NCBI GenBank assembly: GCA_964404205.1
Contig: CAYOJD010000001.1
Location: 7,652 to 71,651 of the forward strand
Origin: an uncultured Prolixibacteraceae bacterium
Lineage (GTDB): Bacteria; Bacteroidota; Bacteroidia; Bacteroidales; Prolixibacteraceae
DNA length: 64,000 nt
Direction of reading: 5' to 3'
This document shows, piece by piece, positions 18,598 to 28,301 of this stretch. Every line of letters begins with the position of its first letter. Position 1 is the stretch's first letter. The position numbers and the translations under genes were made by a program. The notes beneath the pieces were generated by a model. The model was not told where the DNA came from, did not search any database, and saw nothing but the letters and a program-made list of their open reading frames with translations.

Positions 18598-20487
18598 ATG
18601 AGAAAATGGCGCATAGAGGATTCTGCCGAACTCTACAACATCAATGGCTGGGGAATCAACTATTTTTCCATTAACGAAGAGGGGCATGTGGTGGTTACCC
18701 CAAAGAAAAACGGGGTACAGGTCGACCTGAAACATTTGGTCGAAGAGCTACAGTTGCGCGACGTTTCGACACCGGTATTGCTCAGATTCCCCGATATTCT
18801 CGACAGCCGTATCGAAAAGATGGCCAGTTGCTTTAAAATTGCAGCCGAAGAGTACAACTACAACGCCCAAAACTTTATCATCTACCCGATAAAGGTGAAC
18901 CAGATGCGCCCGGTAGTCGAAGAGATTGTGGGCCACGGAAAGAAATTCAACATCGGCCTCGAAGCCGGCTCGAAGCCTGAATTGCATGCTGTTATCGCCA
19001 TCAATACCGATAACGACTCGCTGATTATCTGCAACGGCTATAAAGACGAAGATTATATCGAACTGGCCTTGCTGGCCCAGAAGATGGGACGCCGAATCTA
19101 TCTGGTCATCGAAAAGATGAGCGAACTGAAACTGATTGTCAAAATTGCCAAGCAGTTTAAAATCAAGCCTAATCTGGGTATCCGAATCAAATTGTCGAGT
19201 ACCGGAAGCGGCAAATGGGAAGATTCGGGCGGCGATGTAAGCAAATTTGGCCTCACCTCCAGCGAAGTAATCGAAGCACTCGATTTCCTCGATAAAAATA
19301 AGATGAAAGATTGCCTGCACCTGGTCCATTTCCATATTGGCAGTCAGGTGAACAAGATCCGCCGCATTAAGCTGGCCATGCGCGAAGCATCGCAGTTCTA
19401 TGTGCAGCTCCACCTCAACGGTTTCCCCATCGACTATGTCGATATTGGCGGCGGCCTCGGTGTCGATTACGACGGAACCCGCTCGTCGAGCGAAAGCAGT
19501 GTCAACTACAGCATTCAAGAGTATGTGAACGATGTGGTTTCGACACTGGTCGATGTTAGCGAAAAAAACAATATTCCCCACCCCAATATCATCACCGAAT
19601 CGGGCCGTTCGCTAACCGCCCATCACTCGGTTTTGGTATTCGAGGTACTTGAAACCACTTCTGTTCCCAGTTGGGAAGAGGAGGAAGAGGTGAGCGAAAA
19701 CGACCACGAACTGTTGCGTGAACTCTATTCGCTGTGGGATGCGCTGAACCAGCCCCGGATGCTCGAAACCTGGCACGACGCCCAGCAAATCCGTGAAGAG
19801 GCGCTCGACCGCTTCAGCCTCGGGCTGCTCGACATCGAAACCCGCGCCAAAATCGAACGGCTCTTCTGGTCTATCGCACGCGAAATTTATCAGATGACCA
19901 ACGGCATGAAACATGTGCCCGATGAATTTCTTTCGCTGTCGAAACTGCTGTCAGATAAATACTTCTGCAACTTCTCGCTCTTCCAGTCGCTGCCCGATTC
20001 ATGGGCCATCGACCAGATTTTCCCGATTATCCCGATCCAGCGGCTCGACGAAAAACCCGACCGCTCGGCCACCCTACAGGATATCACCTGCGACTCCGAC
20101 GGCAAAATCGACAATTTTATCTCGGTCCGCAACCAGTCGTACCACCTGCCGGTACACTCCATCAAGCAAAAGGAGCCTTATTACATTGGGGTATTCCTTG
20201 TTGGGGCCTATCAGGAAATCCTTGGCGACCTTCACAACCTGTTCGGCGACACCAATGCGGTTCACGTTTCGGTCAACGAAAAGGGATATTCTATCGATCA
20301 GGTCATCGATGGTGAAACCGTTGCCGAAGTACTTGAATATGTACAGTACAACTCGAAAAAGCTGGTGCGCACCGTCGAAACCTGGGTAACCTCGTCGGTC
20401 AAATCGGGCATCATCACCACCGAAGAGGGGAAAGAGTTCCTCTCGAACTACCGCTCGGGACTCTACGGATACACCTATCTGGAGTAA
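18598..20487 (+). CDS. speA: Biosynthetic arginine decarboxylase
   Basis: 629 aa. N-terminal WRIEDSAELYNINGWG, the PLP-lysine block IYPIKVNQ and GGGLGVDYDG match the SpeA layout. Confidence 0.9.
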   Translation: MRKWRIEDSAELYNINGWGINYFSINEEGHVVVTPKKNGVQVDLKHLVEELQLRDVSTPVLLRFPDILDSRIEKMASCFKIAAEEYNYNAQNFIIYPIKVNQMRPVVEEIVGHGKKFNIGLEAGSKPELHAVIAINTDNDSLIICNGYKDEDYIELALLAQKMGRRIYLVIEKMSELKLIVKIAKQFKIKPNLGIRIKLSSTGSGKWEDSGGDVSKFGLTSSEVIEALDFLDKNKMKDCLHLVHFHIGSQVNKIRRIKLAMREASQFYVQLHLNGFPIDYVDIGGGLGVDYDGTRSSSESSVNYSIQEYVNDVVSTLVDVSEKNNIPHPNIITESGRSLTAHHSVLVFEVLETTSVPSWEEEEEVSENDHELLRELYSLWDALNQPRMLETWHDAQQIREEALDRFSLGLLDIETRAKIERLFWSIAREIYQMTNGMKHVPDEFLSLSKLLSDKYFCNFSLFQSLPDSWAIDQIFPIIPIQRLDEKPDRSATLQDITCDSDGKIDNFISVRNQSYHLPVHSIKQKEPYYIGVFLVGAYQEILGDLHNLFGDTNAVHVSVNEKGYSIDQVIDGETVAEVLEYVQYNSKKLVRTVETWVTSSVKSGIITTEEGKEFLSNYRSGLYGYTYLE

Positions 20488-20552
20488 AAAATCGAGCCTC
20501 TGCCCTTCCGTTCTCCGCTTTAAAATTCCGGAGAAACCATATAAAATAATTG

Positions 20553-20610
20553 ACGATTCTACAGCAGGAGTCTGGGCAACCGGACCATTTTTGTAGAATC
20601 GTTTTTGTTT
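20553..20610 (+). terminator. Intrinsic terminator candidate for speA
   Basis: 11-bp arms ACGATTCTACA (20553-20563) and TGTAGAATCGT (20592-20602). They enclose an inner hairpin GTCTGG-GCAA-CCGGAC and are followed by TTTTTGTTT. Confidence 0.6.
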
Positions 20611-20719
20611 GTGCGACCTCCCTTCGACAACCCAAACGACTTTTTCCCTTTTCGTCCGACCTACCATCTCCCAAAACCAGTTCTCACACTTATAGCTATC
20701 TGCTCCCCGCTTGAGCGAA

Positions 20720-20776
20720 ATCTTCGCCATATCTTATCTATATCTTCTGTACATCTTCTGTACATCTTCTGTACAT
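20720..20776. repeat. 11-bp-period tandem array: three perfect ATCTTCTGTAC units preceded by two degenerate units
   Basis: Perfect units at 20742-20752, 20753-20763 and 20764-20774. Degenerate units are ATCTTCGCCAT (20720-20730) and ATCTTATCTAT (20731-20741). Each perfect junction forms the palindrome TGTACA (20748, 20759, 20770). Confidence 0.95.
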
Positions 20777-20939
20777 TTATATACAGATGATAATTAGAAT
20801 ATCATTTGATAATATAGAGATGAACCGGTGCAAATAGAGAGAAGATAACGATGGGAAAACCGGAGTTGCCATGTCCATATAGGCAACTTCATTGAATCAG
20901 CAATAAGCATAATGGCTTTGTTCGGAAAGGAGCGGACAT

Positions 20940-20970
20940 AAAAAAACCGCCCGGAGCATTTCCGGAGCGG
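20940..20970 (-). terminator. Intrinsic terminator candidate for the efflux operon (TolC gene)
   Basis: The minus strand reads CCGCTCCGGAAATGCTCCGGGCGG followed by TTTTTTT. It begins 40 nt downstream of the TolC stop at 21010. Confidence 0.65.
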
Positions 20971-21009
20971 CTTTTCTGCTTTTGCGCTATTGTTGAGTTG
21001 ATCGGATGC

Positions 21010-22347
21010 TTACAGCGTGATGGGCAGCCCACGATAGAAATCAAGGATTTTCGTGCGGAAGATAAACTCATATTTGGCCTGTAGCAGGTCGGACTCAGCC
21101 TTGGCCAGATTGGTTTTGGCCGTGTTGTATTCGACAGCGTTGACAATACCAACATTGTATTTTTCTTCGGAGTAACGGAAGGCCTCTACCATTGATGCAA
21201 CTGCTTTACCACTTGAAGTGAATTTGTTCAGCGATGCCACGGCACTGGTCTGAGCGGTTTCAATCTCTTTGCGGAGCACCTTTTTGCTGTTTTCGAGCTG
21301 AAGTTCGGTATTCAGCACCTGGATGCGGGCGTTGTCGATCTGCAAACGGTTCTGGGAACGGGTGAAGATGGGGATATTCATCTGGGCACCGAACCCTTTG
21401 CGTTCATTATTTTTCATCTGGTCGCCGAACGATATTTTATCACCGTTCATATCCTGATACTTGTTGTTGTAGTTGTTGTAATAGTTGGCATAGAAGCTGA
21501 TAGTAGGATAGAGCGCACCACGGGCAGTTTTCAGCTGATACTGCGAACTTTCGAGTCGGTACTGCGAAGCCTGTATCTCGGGACGAAGTTTTACGGCATC
21601 CGTAAAAATATCGTTCGACGAGGCCAATGAGGCCTGGGCCTGAATCTCAGGCAGTGCAGGGATTTCGACATCAAAGCTGGTATTGGTGTCGAGTTCGAGC
21701 CACTGTGCCAACTGTAATTTGTCTACCTGCAACTGGTTTTGCGCGCTTACCACGTTGAGCTCTTCGCGGGCTTCCTGGGCTTCAATCTCGAGCAGGGCCC
21801 CCTTGGCCACACTACCGGCATCGACCTTTTCGCGGGTTTGCTTAATCTGCTGACGGGTGATATCCAATTGCTCTTCGGCTACCTTCAGCAACTCCTGATC
21901 GAACAGAATCTGCAGGAAAGATGAAGCAATGTTGACCGAGAGATCGGCTTTGGCTTTTTCCATATCAGCAAGGCTTGCTTTGAGATCCATCTTGTTTTTT
22001 TGGATGTTGTTGGCAATTTGAAAGCCCTGAAATACCGGGATATTGGTGCCGATGCCAAAATCAGTCTGCGCAGAGTTGATGTTCCGGTAAGTATTGTCAT
22101 AACCCAGTGAACGGCCGTAGTTAAACCCTTGCGACACCTGTCCGTTGAGGTTGGGAAGGCGCGACATTTTCGTCTCTTTTACCAGGTTTTCGCGATACTG
22201 GCTTTCCAGAACGCCCTGTTTGATTTGGATATTATTTTCGAGGGCATAGTTGATGCACTTCTCGAGTGACCATTTTTCCTGGGCATTCACAGTGGTGATT
22301 GCAGTTACCAGAAGCAAATAGGCAATGGTGAAAAATGTCCTGATCAT
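21010..22347 (-). CDS. TolC-family outer membrane efflux protein
   Basis: Signal peptide MIRTFFTIAYLLLVTAITTVNAQ (first ATG at 22347; the track TTG start is at 22356). Two-fold repeated coiled-coil/beta architecture. Last gene of the ABC efflux operon. Confidence 0.85.
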   Translation of the reverse strand: MIRTFFTIAYLLLVTAITTVNAQEKWSLEKCINYALENNIQIKQGVLESQYRENLVKETKMSRLPNLNGQVSQGFNYGRSLGYDNTYRNINSAQTDFGIGTNIPVFQGFQIANNIQKNKMDLKASLADMEKAKADLSVNIASSFLQILFDQELLKVAEEQLDITRQQIKQTREKVDAGSVAKGALLEIEAQEAREELNVVSAQNQLQVDKLQLAQWLELDTNTSFDVEIPALPEIQAQASLASSNDIFTDAVKLRPEIQASQYRLESSQYQLKTARGALYPTISFYANYYNNYNNKYQDMNGDKISFGDQMKNNERKGFGAQMNIPIFTRSQNRLQIDNARIQVLNTELQLENSKKVLRKEIETAQTSAVASLNKFTSSGKAVASMVEAFRYSEEKYNVGIVNAVEYNTAKTNLAKAESDLLQAKYEFIFRTKILDFYRGLPITL

Positions 22348-22416
22348 GGTATTCAATTTAATTTTACAGAGGATTTGCTAAAGTTAAGTTTTTCTCTGCT
22401 ATTTAATTACTATGGG

Positions 22417-23532
22417 TTACGATTTCTTTTCTTCGGCTTTTTTCTTCGGATCGACCTTTTCGCCCTTCAAACGGGCATCTTTGTCGATACCTGAAACCAC
22501 CTCGATATTAATGCCATCCGAAAGGCCGGTTTTGATAAACCTTTTTTCGAACTTCTGCGGATCGGTTTCCACTTCAACAAAGGCCGAGTCGTTGCTGAAT
22601 TTAAGCAACCCTTCGGCAATGGCCAGCACGCTGTCGCGACGGGCCAGCACAATATTGGCATTGGCGCTGTAACCTGAGCGGATAAACTGATCTTGTTTCA
22701 ACAGTACGTCGGCTTTAATTTCGAACTGAATAGCTCCATTTTCGGTCTTTCCTTTCGGGGCGATATATTTCAGCACGGCATCAAATTTCTGCTCATCGAT
22801 AGCCCCAATGGTAAGTTCGATATTCATTCCCTCTTTAATCTTTCCCACTTCGGTTTCGTCGACCTTGCCCAGGAAAATCATGTCGTTCATATCGGCCACA
22901 ATGGCAATGGTGGTACCTTCGTTGAAGTTGTTGGCCTGAATAACGGAGTAGCCCTCTTTGACGGGGACATCGAGCACCATGCCATCGATGGTAGAACGGA
23001 TAAGGGTGTTTGTGGTTTGAGCCGACGCCTTGGTAACCCCCTTTTTAATCAGTTCGAGGTTGTTTTCGGCCGCTTCCATCTCTTGCCGGGCTGAGCTGTA
23101 GCTCAACTGCGATTTCTGAAACTCTTCCGACGAAATGACCATCTTGTCGAACAGTACTTTCTGCCGGTCGAAGTTGATTTTCACATCTTCGAGGTTTAGT
23201 TTTGCACGTTTCACGCGCGATTCCGCTTCGTTCAGCGTTACCATGTCGGGGATAATGTTGACACGGGCCAGCACATCACCTTTTTTGACCATTTCGCCAG
23301 CTTCGACAAATAGCTCTTCCAGGATACCTGAAACCTGTGGTTTAATGGCAATCTCTTTGCGTGGTTCGACCGAGCCAGTGGCGACCGTTTTCTTAATAAT
23401 TGTAATGACATCGGGTTTTTTGACCTCAAAAACATCGGGCTTAGCCTGCGATTTTTTGAAAAGGAACACCAATGTTCCGATAAATACAACACCAAGAAGT
23501 GACAGTCCGAAAATTTTAAAGAACTTTTTCAT
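22417..23532 (-). CDS. Efflux transporter periplasmic adaptor subunit (HlyD/MacA-type membrane fusion protein)
   Basis: N-terminal TM segment, coiled-coil hairpin region, then barrel-sandwich and beta-barrel segments. 371 aa. Located between the permeases and TolC. Confidence 0.85.
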   Translation of the reverse strand: MKKFFKIFGLSLLGVVFIGTLVFLFKKSQAKPDVFEVKKPDVITIIKKTVATGSVEPRKEIAIKPQVSGILEELFVEAGEMVKKGDVLARVNIIPDMVTLNEAESRVKRAKLNLEDVKINFDRQKVLFDKMVISSEEFQKSQLSYSSARQEMEAAENNLELIKKGVTKASAQTTNTLIRSTIDGMVLDVPVKEGYSVIQANNFNEGTTIAIVADMNDMIFLGKVDETEVGKIKEGMNIELTIGAIDEQKFDAVLKYIAPKGKTENGAIQFEIKADVLLKQDQFIRSGYSANANIVLARRDSVLAIAEGLLKFSNDSAFVEVETDPQKFEKRFIKTGLSDGINIEVVSGIDKDARLKGEKVDPKKKAEEKKS

Positions 23533-23573
23533 AGCAAATCTCTTATTTAGTTATTGATTTTATTTTCTGTTGT

Positions 23574-24845
23574 TTATTCTTCTCTCAATGCTTCGATGGG
23601 TTTAATCTGCAAAGCCCTTTTGGCTGGTATCGAACCGGCAAACATTCCGGCTATCACCAGTATGCCCAGTGAAGCGAGGGCAACGGTAAGGCTGATTTCA
23701 GGCCTTTTGAAGAACATCCCGCCATCGCCCGATGTGGCTTGCGATTCGAGTACTTTGTTGACCAGTTCGAGCAGTCCGACACCCAGCGAAAGGCCTATGT
23801 AACCGGCAACGGTAGTGAGTGCCACACTCTCGAGCATGATTTGCGAGATGATGGTACGCGGCGTTGCTCCCAGCGCCCGCTGAACGCCAATCTCCTTGGT
23901 GCGCTCTTTCACAATGACCAGCATGATATTGCTTACCCCGATAACCCCTGCCATCAGGGTCCCGATTCCCACAATCCAGGTCAGGATGTTGATGCCCAGA
24001 AAGAGGCCACTCATCTGTTTGAACTGTTTTTCGATATTGATACTAAAAATGGCCTGTTCATCGGTGGGGGCAATCGAGTGCCTTTTTTTGATAATCTCTT
24101 TCATTTTCTCTTCGAGCACGCTCACCGGTGTCCCTTTTCGGGCCGTGAAACCAAGAAAGTGTACTTCGTTCCCCATGTTGAAAGTCTGCTGCATCGTGGT
24201 GAAGGGGATAAAAACCGATTCTTCGGCACGACCGTTGATGTTGATTTGGGTTTCGGGTTTAATCACCCCGACCACCTGATAATAGACACCCGACACTTTC
24301 AGGTATTCGCCAATCGGGTTTTCGCCGGTATCGAACATGGTATCGCGAACCTTTTCGCCGATTACACATACTTTCCGTTTGTCGATCATATCGACATCGT
24401 TGATCCATCGACCCGCGATGATGGTATAGGGATCGATTTTGATGTATTCGGGATAGTCGCCTTTCAGGTTATACGAGCCTGTTTTGATGCCTCGTACCAC
24501 GTTAGGCCCGCCATTATTGCGCGACCCAAAATTCTTGGGGGTAAGATATTCGAGTTCAGGGACATTGCTCCGGAGGTAAGCCAAATCTTCGGAGTCCATG
24601 TTCCAGTAGCGCCCGCGCTTGAAACCTTTGTAGGGTTCGCCGGTTCGGTCGGCCCACATAAACCCCGAGTTGGTGGCAAACTTGGCCACTCCGTCAACGA
24701 TGCCGTTTTTCAGTCCGTTGCTTGCGCCGGCCATTATAATGAGCATAAAAATACCCCAGAAGACGCCGAATGCCGTCAACAGGCTTCGCACTTTATTTTT
24801 AGCCAGTGCATGCCATATTTCATTCCATCTGTCGAGATCAAACAT
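23574..24845 (-). CDS. ABC transporter permease, MacB/FtsX-like
   Basis: N-terminal TM, large periplasmic domain, C-terminal FtsX three-TM bundle with the RTKEIGVQRALGA loop. 423 aa. Confidence 0.85.
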   Translation of the reverse strand: MFDLDRWNEIWHALAKNKVRSLLTAFGVFWGIFMLIIMAGASNGLKNGIVDGVAKFATNSGFMWADRTGEPYKGFKRGRYWNMDSEDLAYLRSNVPELEYLTPKNFGSRNNGGPNVVRGIKTGSYNLKGDYPEYIKIDPYTIIAGRWINDVDMIDKRKVCVIGEKVRDTMFDTGENPIGEYLKVSGVYYQVVGVIKPETQININGRAEESVFIPFTTMQQTFNMGNEVHFLGFTARKGTPVSVLEEKMKEIIKKRHSIAPTDEQAIFSINIEKQFKQMSGLFLGINILTWIVGIGTLMAGVIGVSNIMLVIVKERTKEIGVQRALGATPRTIISQIMLESVALTTVAGYIGLSLGVGLLELVNKVLESQATSGDGGMFFKRPEISLTVALASLGILVIAGMFAGSIPAKRALQIKPIEALREE

Positions 24846-24869
24846 GATTAGTCCGATTTAGAAGATTAG

Positions 24870-26129
24870 TTAATTTTCGTCACGAAGGGCCTCAATCGGT
24901 TTAACATTGGCCGCCTTTTTGGCCGGGATATATCCGGCAATGGCACCCGACAAGACCAGAATGGCCGTAGCTGTAACCGCTGTCGAAAATTCGACGGTGG
25001 GGTTGCGGAAGAAGATTCCTTCGCCACCGCCATTCGCCAGCATCTGATCCAGTCCAAAGTTTATCAGTTCCATTAGTCCGATACCCATCACTAGCCCAAT
25101 GTATCCGGCTATCGTGGTTATCAGGATAGACTCCAGCAACACCAGCCCGATAACTGAACCGGGTGTGGCCCCAAGCGCTTTGCGGACACCAATTTCGCGG
25201 GTACGCTCTTTCACCAGAATCAGCATGATATTGCTCACTCCCACAATCCCGGCAATCAAGGTTCCGATACCGATAATCCAGACAAAAAGTTTGATGGCCT
25301 GAAAGATCTTCATCGTGCGGATATAGTCAGTAAGCATATTGAAGGAGCCCATCGCCCTGCGGTCGGTCGGGTCGAACGAGTGACGTTTGGCCATGTCCTG
25401 ACGTACGCGGGTTTCAATTGCTTCAGCATCTTCGTCGGTATTCACCATTGTTGTGGTAACTGCAAAAGTGTGTACACGGTTCCCGCCACTGTAAATGCGC
25501 TGCGCGGTAGTGAAAGGCATATAGGCCGAACGGTTGTCGTCGGAGCGGCGATCTTTCGATACGCCAATCACTTTGAACGGCACATCGCCAATCTTGATAT
25601 ATTTTCCCAACGGATCCTCCTCTTTGAAAAGGGCTTTGCGGATATCGTCGCCAATCACTACTACTTTACGGTATTCGCTCATGTCGAGGTCGTTGATAAA
25701 ACGACCGGAAGTGACATTGATGTTTTCCATTTCCTGCAACACCGGGAAACAGGTACTGGTTTGGAAAGAGCCATACTCTTTCCCGTAAGAATAGAGAATA
25801 TCGCCGTTCAGATAGAACCGCGAAGATACTTTCTCGATATCGGCCTCTTTCCCTTGCAGAAAATCGTAGTCCTGATTGTTGAACTTCACCTCGCGACCCT
25901 CTTTCAAACCCTGATACGGGATTGAGGTTTCGCCGGTCCAGAGCCACATGATGTTTACAGCATTATCCTTGTACTCTTCTTTCACCCCATTTTGCAGTCC
26001 GTTTCCGGAGCCCAGCAATACCATCAGCATAAAAATACCCCAGGCTACCGAGAAACCGGTCAGAAAGGTCCTGAGCTTATTTTTCTTGATGGTGCTGAAT
26101 ATTTCCTGCCAAATATCGATGTCAAACAT
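24870..26129 (-). CDS. ABC transporter permease, MacB/FtsX-like (paralogue)
   Basis: Same architecture as the neighbouring permease, with the RTREIGVRKALGA loop. 419 aa. Confidence 0.85.
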   Translation of the reverse strand: MFDIDIWQEIFSTIKKNKLRTFLTGFSVAWGIFMLMVLLGSGNGLQNGVKEEYKDNAVNIMWLWTGETSIPYQGLKEGREVKFNNQDYDFLQGKEADIEKVSSRFYLNGDILYSYGKEYGSFQTSTCFPVLQEMENINVTSGRFINDLDMSEYRKVVVIGDDIRKALFKEEDPLGKYIKIGDVPFKVIGVSKDRRSDDNRSAYMPFTTAQRIYSGGNRVHTFAVTTTMVNTDEDAEAIETRVRQDMAKRHSFDPTDRRAMGSFNMLTDYIRTMKIFQAIKLFVWIIGIGTLIAGIVGVSNIMLILVKERTREIGVRKALGATPGSVIGLVLLESILITTIAGYIGLVMGIGLMELINFGLDQMLANGGGEGIFFRNPTVEFSTAVTATAILVLSGAIAGYIPAKKAANVKPIEALRDEN

Positions 26130-26140
26130 GGTGGATGGTA

Positions 26141-26854
26141 TTATTCGGTTTTGACGCGTTCGCGGTACATTTTCAATTCGCCGTTTTTGATCACCTCTTC
26201 AATCACACCGTCTTTCAGCCGGATGATTTTTTTGGTCATGGCCGCAATGTCGTGCTCGTGGGTAACGATAATAACCGTGATACCCTGATTGTTGACATCT
26301 TTCAGGATTTCCATTACTTCGTACGAGGTGGTTGTATCGAGTGCCCCGGTAGGTTCGTCGGCCAGAATGATTTTGGGGTTCGAGATGAGGGCACGGGCTA
26401 TGGCCACACGTTGTTTTTGTCCGCCCGACATTTCGCTTGGCAGGTGGGTGGCCCACTCTTTCAACCCCAAACGATCGAGATATTCCATCGCAATCATATT
26501 TCGTTTTTTGCGGCTCACCTGTTGGTAGTAAAGCGGAAGGGCCACATTTTCCATCGCATTTTTAAACGATATCAAATTGAATGACTGAAAGATGAAGCCA
26601 ATCATCTCGTTGCGGGTGAGTGCCGCTTTGGTTTCGTTCAATCCTTTGATAATTTTTCCGTCGAGATAGTAGCTTCCCTGATCATAATCGTCGAGAATCC
26701 CGAGGATGTTAAGGAGTGTTGACTTGCCCGAACCGGATGAACCCATGATGGATACAAATTCTCCCTCTTCAATCTCGAGGTTCAGCCCTTTCAAAACATG
26801 CAAGCTGTTGTTTCCGGTTACGTACGATTTGTGCAGATCGGTTATCTTGATCAT
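26141..26854 (-). CDS. ABC transporter ATP-binding protein (MacB/LolD-type)
   Basis: Walker [10 protein letters not shown], signature SGGQKQR, Walker B ILADEPT, H-loop VTHE. 237 aa. Confidence 0.9.
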   Translation of the reverse strand: MIKITDLHKSYVTGNNSLHVLKGLNLEIEEGEFVSIMGSSGSGKSTLLNILGILDDYDQGSYYLDGKIIKGLNETKAALTRNEMIGFIFQSFNLISFKNAMENVALPLYYQQVSRKKRNMIAMEYLDRLGLKEWATHLPSEMSGGQKQRVAIARALISNPKIILADEPTGALDTTTSYEVMEILKDVNNQGITVIIVTHEHDIAAMTKKIIRLKDGVIEEVIKNGELKMYRERVKTE

Positions 26855-27047
26855 CTCTTTATCTTTTAGCTTCGTTTACTTTAATTCGAAATATGGAATA
26901 GGACGCTAAGTTTGTGTAAACGTTACACCTTATTGTCGGTTCTGTCGAAAAAAAAGACATGATCTGTTTAACAACCATTATGCCACACATTTCACCTGAC
27001 TATTTATCAATAACTTATGTTTTTGGGGGTGTTGTAAAATTCAAAGA

Positions 27048-27093
27048 AAAGTGTCCGTTTTTTGGCACTTCAACGTACGAAAACGGACACTTT
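27048..27093 (-). terminator. Hairpin/terminator candidate downstream of thiL
   Basis: Perfect 14-bp arms AAAGTGTCCGTTTT (27048-27061) and AAAACGGACACTTT (27080-27093) with an 18-nt loop. It begins 18 nt after the thiL stop. A U-rich tract follows on the minus strand. Confidence 0.55.
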
Positions 27094-27110
27094 ATATGGT
27101 TTTGAGGCCA

Positions 27111-28157
27111 TTATTTCTTCAGCGGGTTCCACCCTTGTGCCTGAAGCGGAATAACATTGCCGCTTCCGGCCAATACCAGACAGGCCCCTTCATCGGCAGC
27201 AGTCATGTGCCCCAGAATGGTCATATCGGGATGGTTGCGGATGTTGTCGTGCTCGGCCACCGGGATGGTGAAGAGCAATTCGTAATCTTCGCCACCATTA
27301 AGGGCAGCCACCAGCGGGTTGATATTCAGTTCACCGGCCATCTTCCTGGTCTGGTCATCATACGGTATACGCTCTTCGAACAGCCTGCACCCCACACCGG
27401 ATGATTTGCACAGATGAAGAATTTCGGAAGAAAGGCCATCGGAAATATCAATCATTGACGTGGGATGGACGGCAAGTTCCAACAATTTCTCCCGCATATC
27501 GATACGGGCTTCGGGTTTGAGCTGACGACCCAGGATATAGTCGTAACCTTGGAGCTGTGGCTGCATTTTCGGGTTAACCTTAAAGACCTCATTTTCGCGT
27601 TCGAGCAGTTGAAGCCCCATATAGGCACCGCCCAAATCGCCGGTAACGCAAAGCAGATCGGTTGGGTTGGCCCCCGAACGGTAAACCAGTTCTTTCTCGT
27701 CGGCTTCGCCAATGGCCGTAACCGAGATGGTCATCCCGGTAAGCGAGCTGGTGGTATCGCCGCCTACAAGGTCAACCCCGTAACGGTTGCAGGCCAGATA
27801 GATGCCTGCATACAGCTCGTCAAGCGCCTCAACCGAGAACTTTGAGGAGATGGCCAGCGAAACGGTAATTTGGCGCGGCACAGCATTCATCGCGCACAGA
27901 TCGCTTACGTTCACTGCCACTGCTTTGTAACCCAAATGTTTCAGCGGAACATACATCAGGTTGAAATGGATCCCTTCGGTGAGCAGGTCGGTGGTGACCA
28001 CCACGCGCTTTCCGCCATAGTCGAGCACGGCGCAATCGTCGCCCACCCCTTTGAGGCTGCTGCTGTTTTTTAAAGTAATATTTTCGGTAAGACGGCGGAT
28101 TAAGCCAAACTCGCCCAACTCGGCCAATTCAGTTTTATGCGGTTGATTTTGTGACAT
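27111..28157 (-). CDS. thiL: Thiamine-monophosphate kinase
   Basis: Blocks ELGEFGLIRRL, GVGDDCAVL and LVGGDTT. The first ATG is at 28157; the track start at 28196 is TTG and adds 13 atypical residues. Confidence 0.85.
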   Translation of the reverse strand: MSQNQPHKTELAELGEFGLIRRLTENITLKNSSSLKGVGDDCAVLDYGGKRVVVTTDLLTEGIHFNLMYVPLKHLGYKAVAVNVSDLCAMNAVPRQITVSLAISSKFSVEALDELYAGIYLACNRYGVDLVGGDTTSSLTGMTISVTAIGEADEKELVYRSGANPTDLLCVTGDLGGAYMGLQLLERENEVFKVNPKMQPQLQGYDYILGRQLKPEARIDMREKLLELAVHPTSMIDISDGLSSEILHLCKSSGVGCRLFEERIPYDDQTRKMAGELNINPLVAALNGGEDYELLFTIPVAEHDNIRNHPDMTILGHMTAADEGACLVLAGSGNVIPLQAQGWNPLKK

Positions 28158-28213
28158 GTAGCTATTAACGTTTATTTCAAATTTGAAGGAATACAAAAAT
28201 AGTGTTCATTTTA

Positions 28214-28221
28214 TATCTTTG
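28214..28221 (+). promoter_or_regulatory. Candidate -7 promoter box (TAtcTTTG) upstream of sufB
   Basis: Perfect TAnnTTTG match, 81 nt upstream of the sufB ATG, in the thiL/sufB divergent region. Confidence 0.4.
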
Positions 28222-28301
28222 CAACAATTTATATCCAGTCTATTTAAACGGGCCATGATAACCAAAACGGCCAATATTCGTTATTACGATTGGACAGATG
28301 A

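Noticed and set aside
18748-19581. 277-aa ORF antisense to speA, plus similar antisense ORFs at 8867-9580, 33610-34353 and 42839-43636
   Set aside because: Each lies inside a strongly supported gene on the opposite strand and lacks any recognisable motif. I treat them as shadow ORFs.
20074-20730. 218-aa minus-strand ORF starting at an ATG inside the first tandem-repeat unit
   Set aside because: It reads straight through the speA terminator hairpin and then 414 nt antisense into speA. There are no motifs and no promoter box. Only the first 81 codons are outside speA.
20720-20776. Possibility that the tandem arrays (here and at 52466-52520) are CRISPR arrays
   Set aside because: The units are directly adjacent 11-mers with no spacers, far shorter than CRISPR repeats. 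No cas genes are present.
23739-24851. 370-aa ORF antisense to the MacB-type permease
   Set aside because: It is completely embedded in a well-supported permease gene within an operon. The translation has no domain signature.
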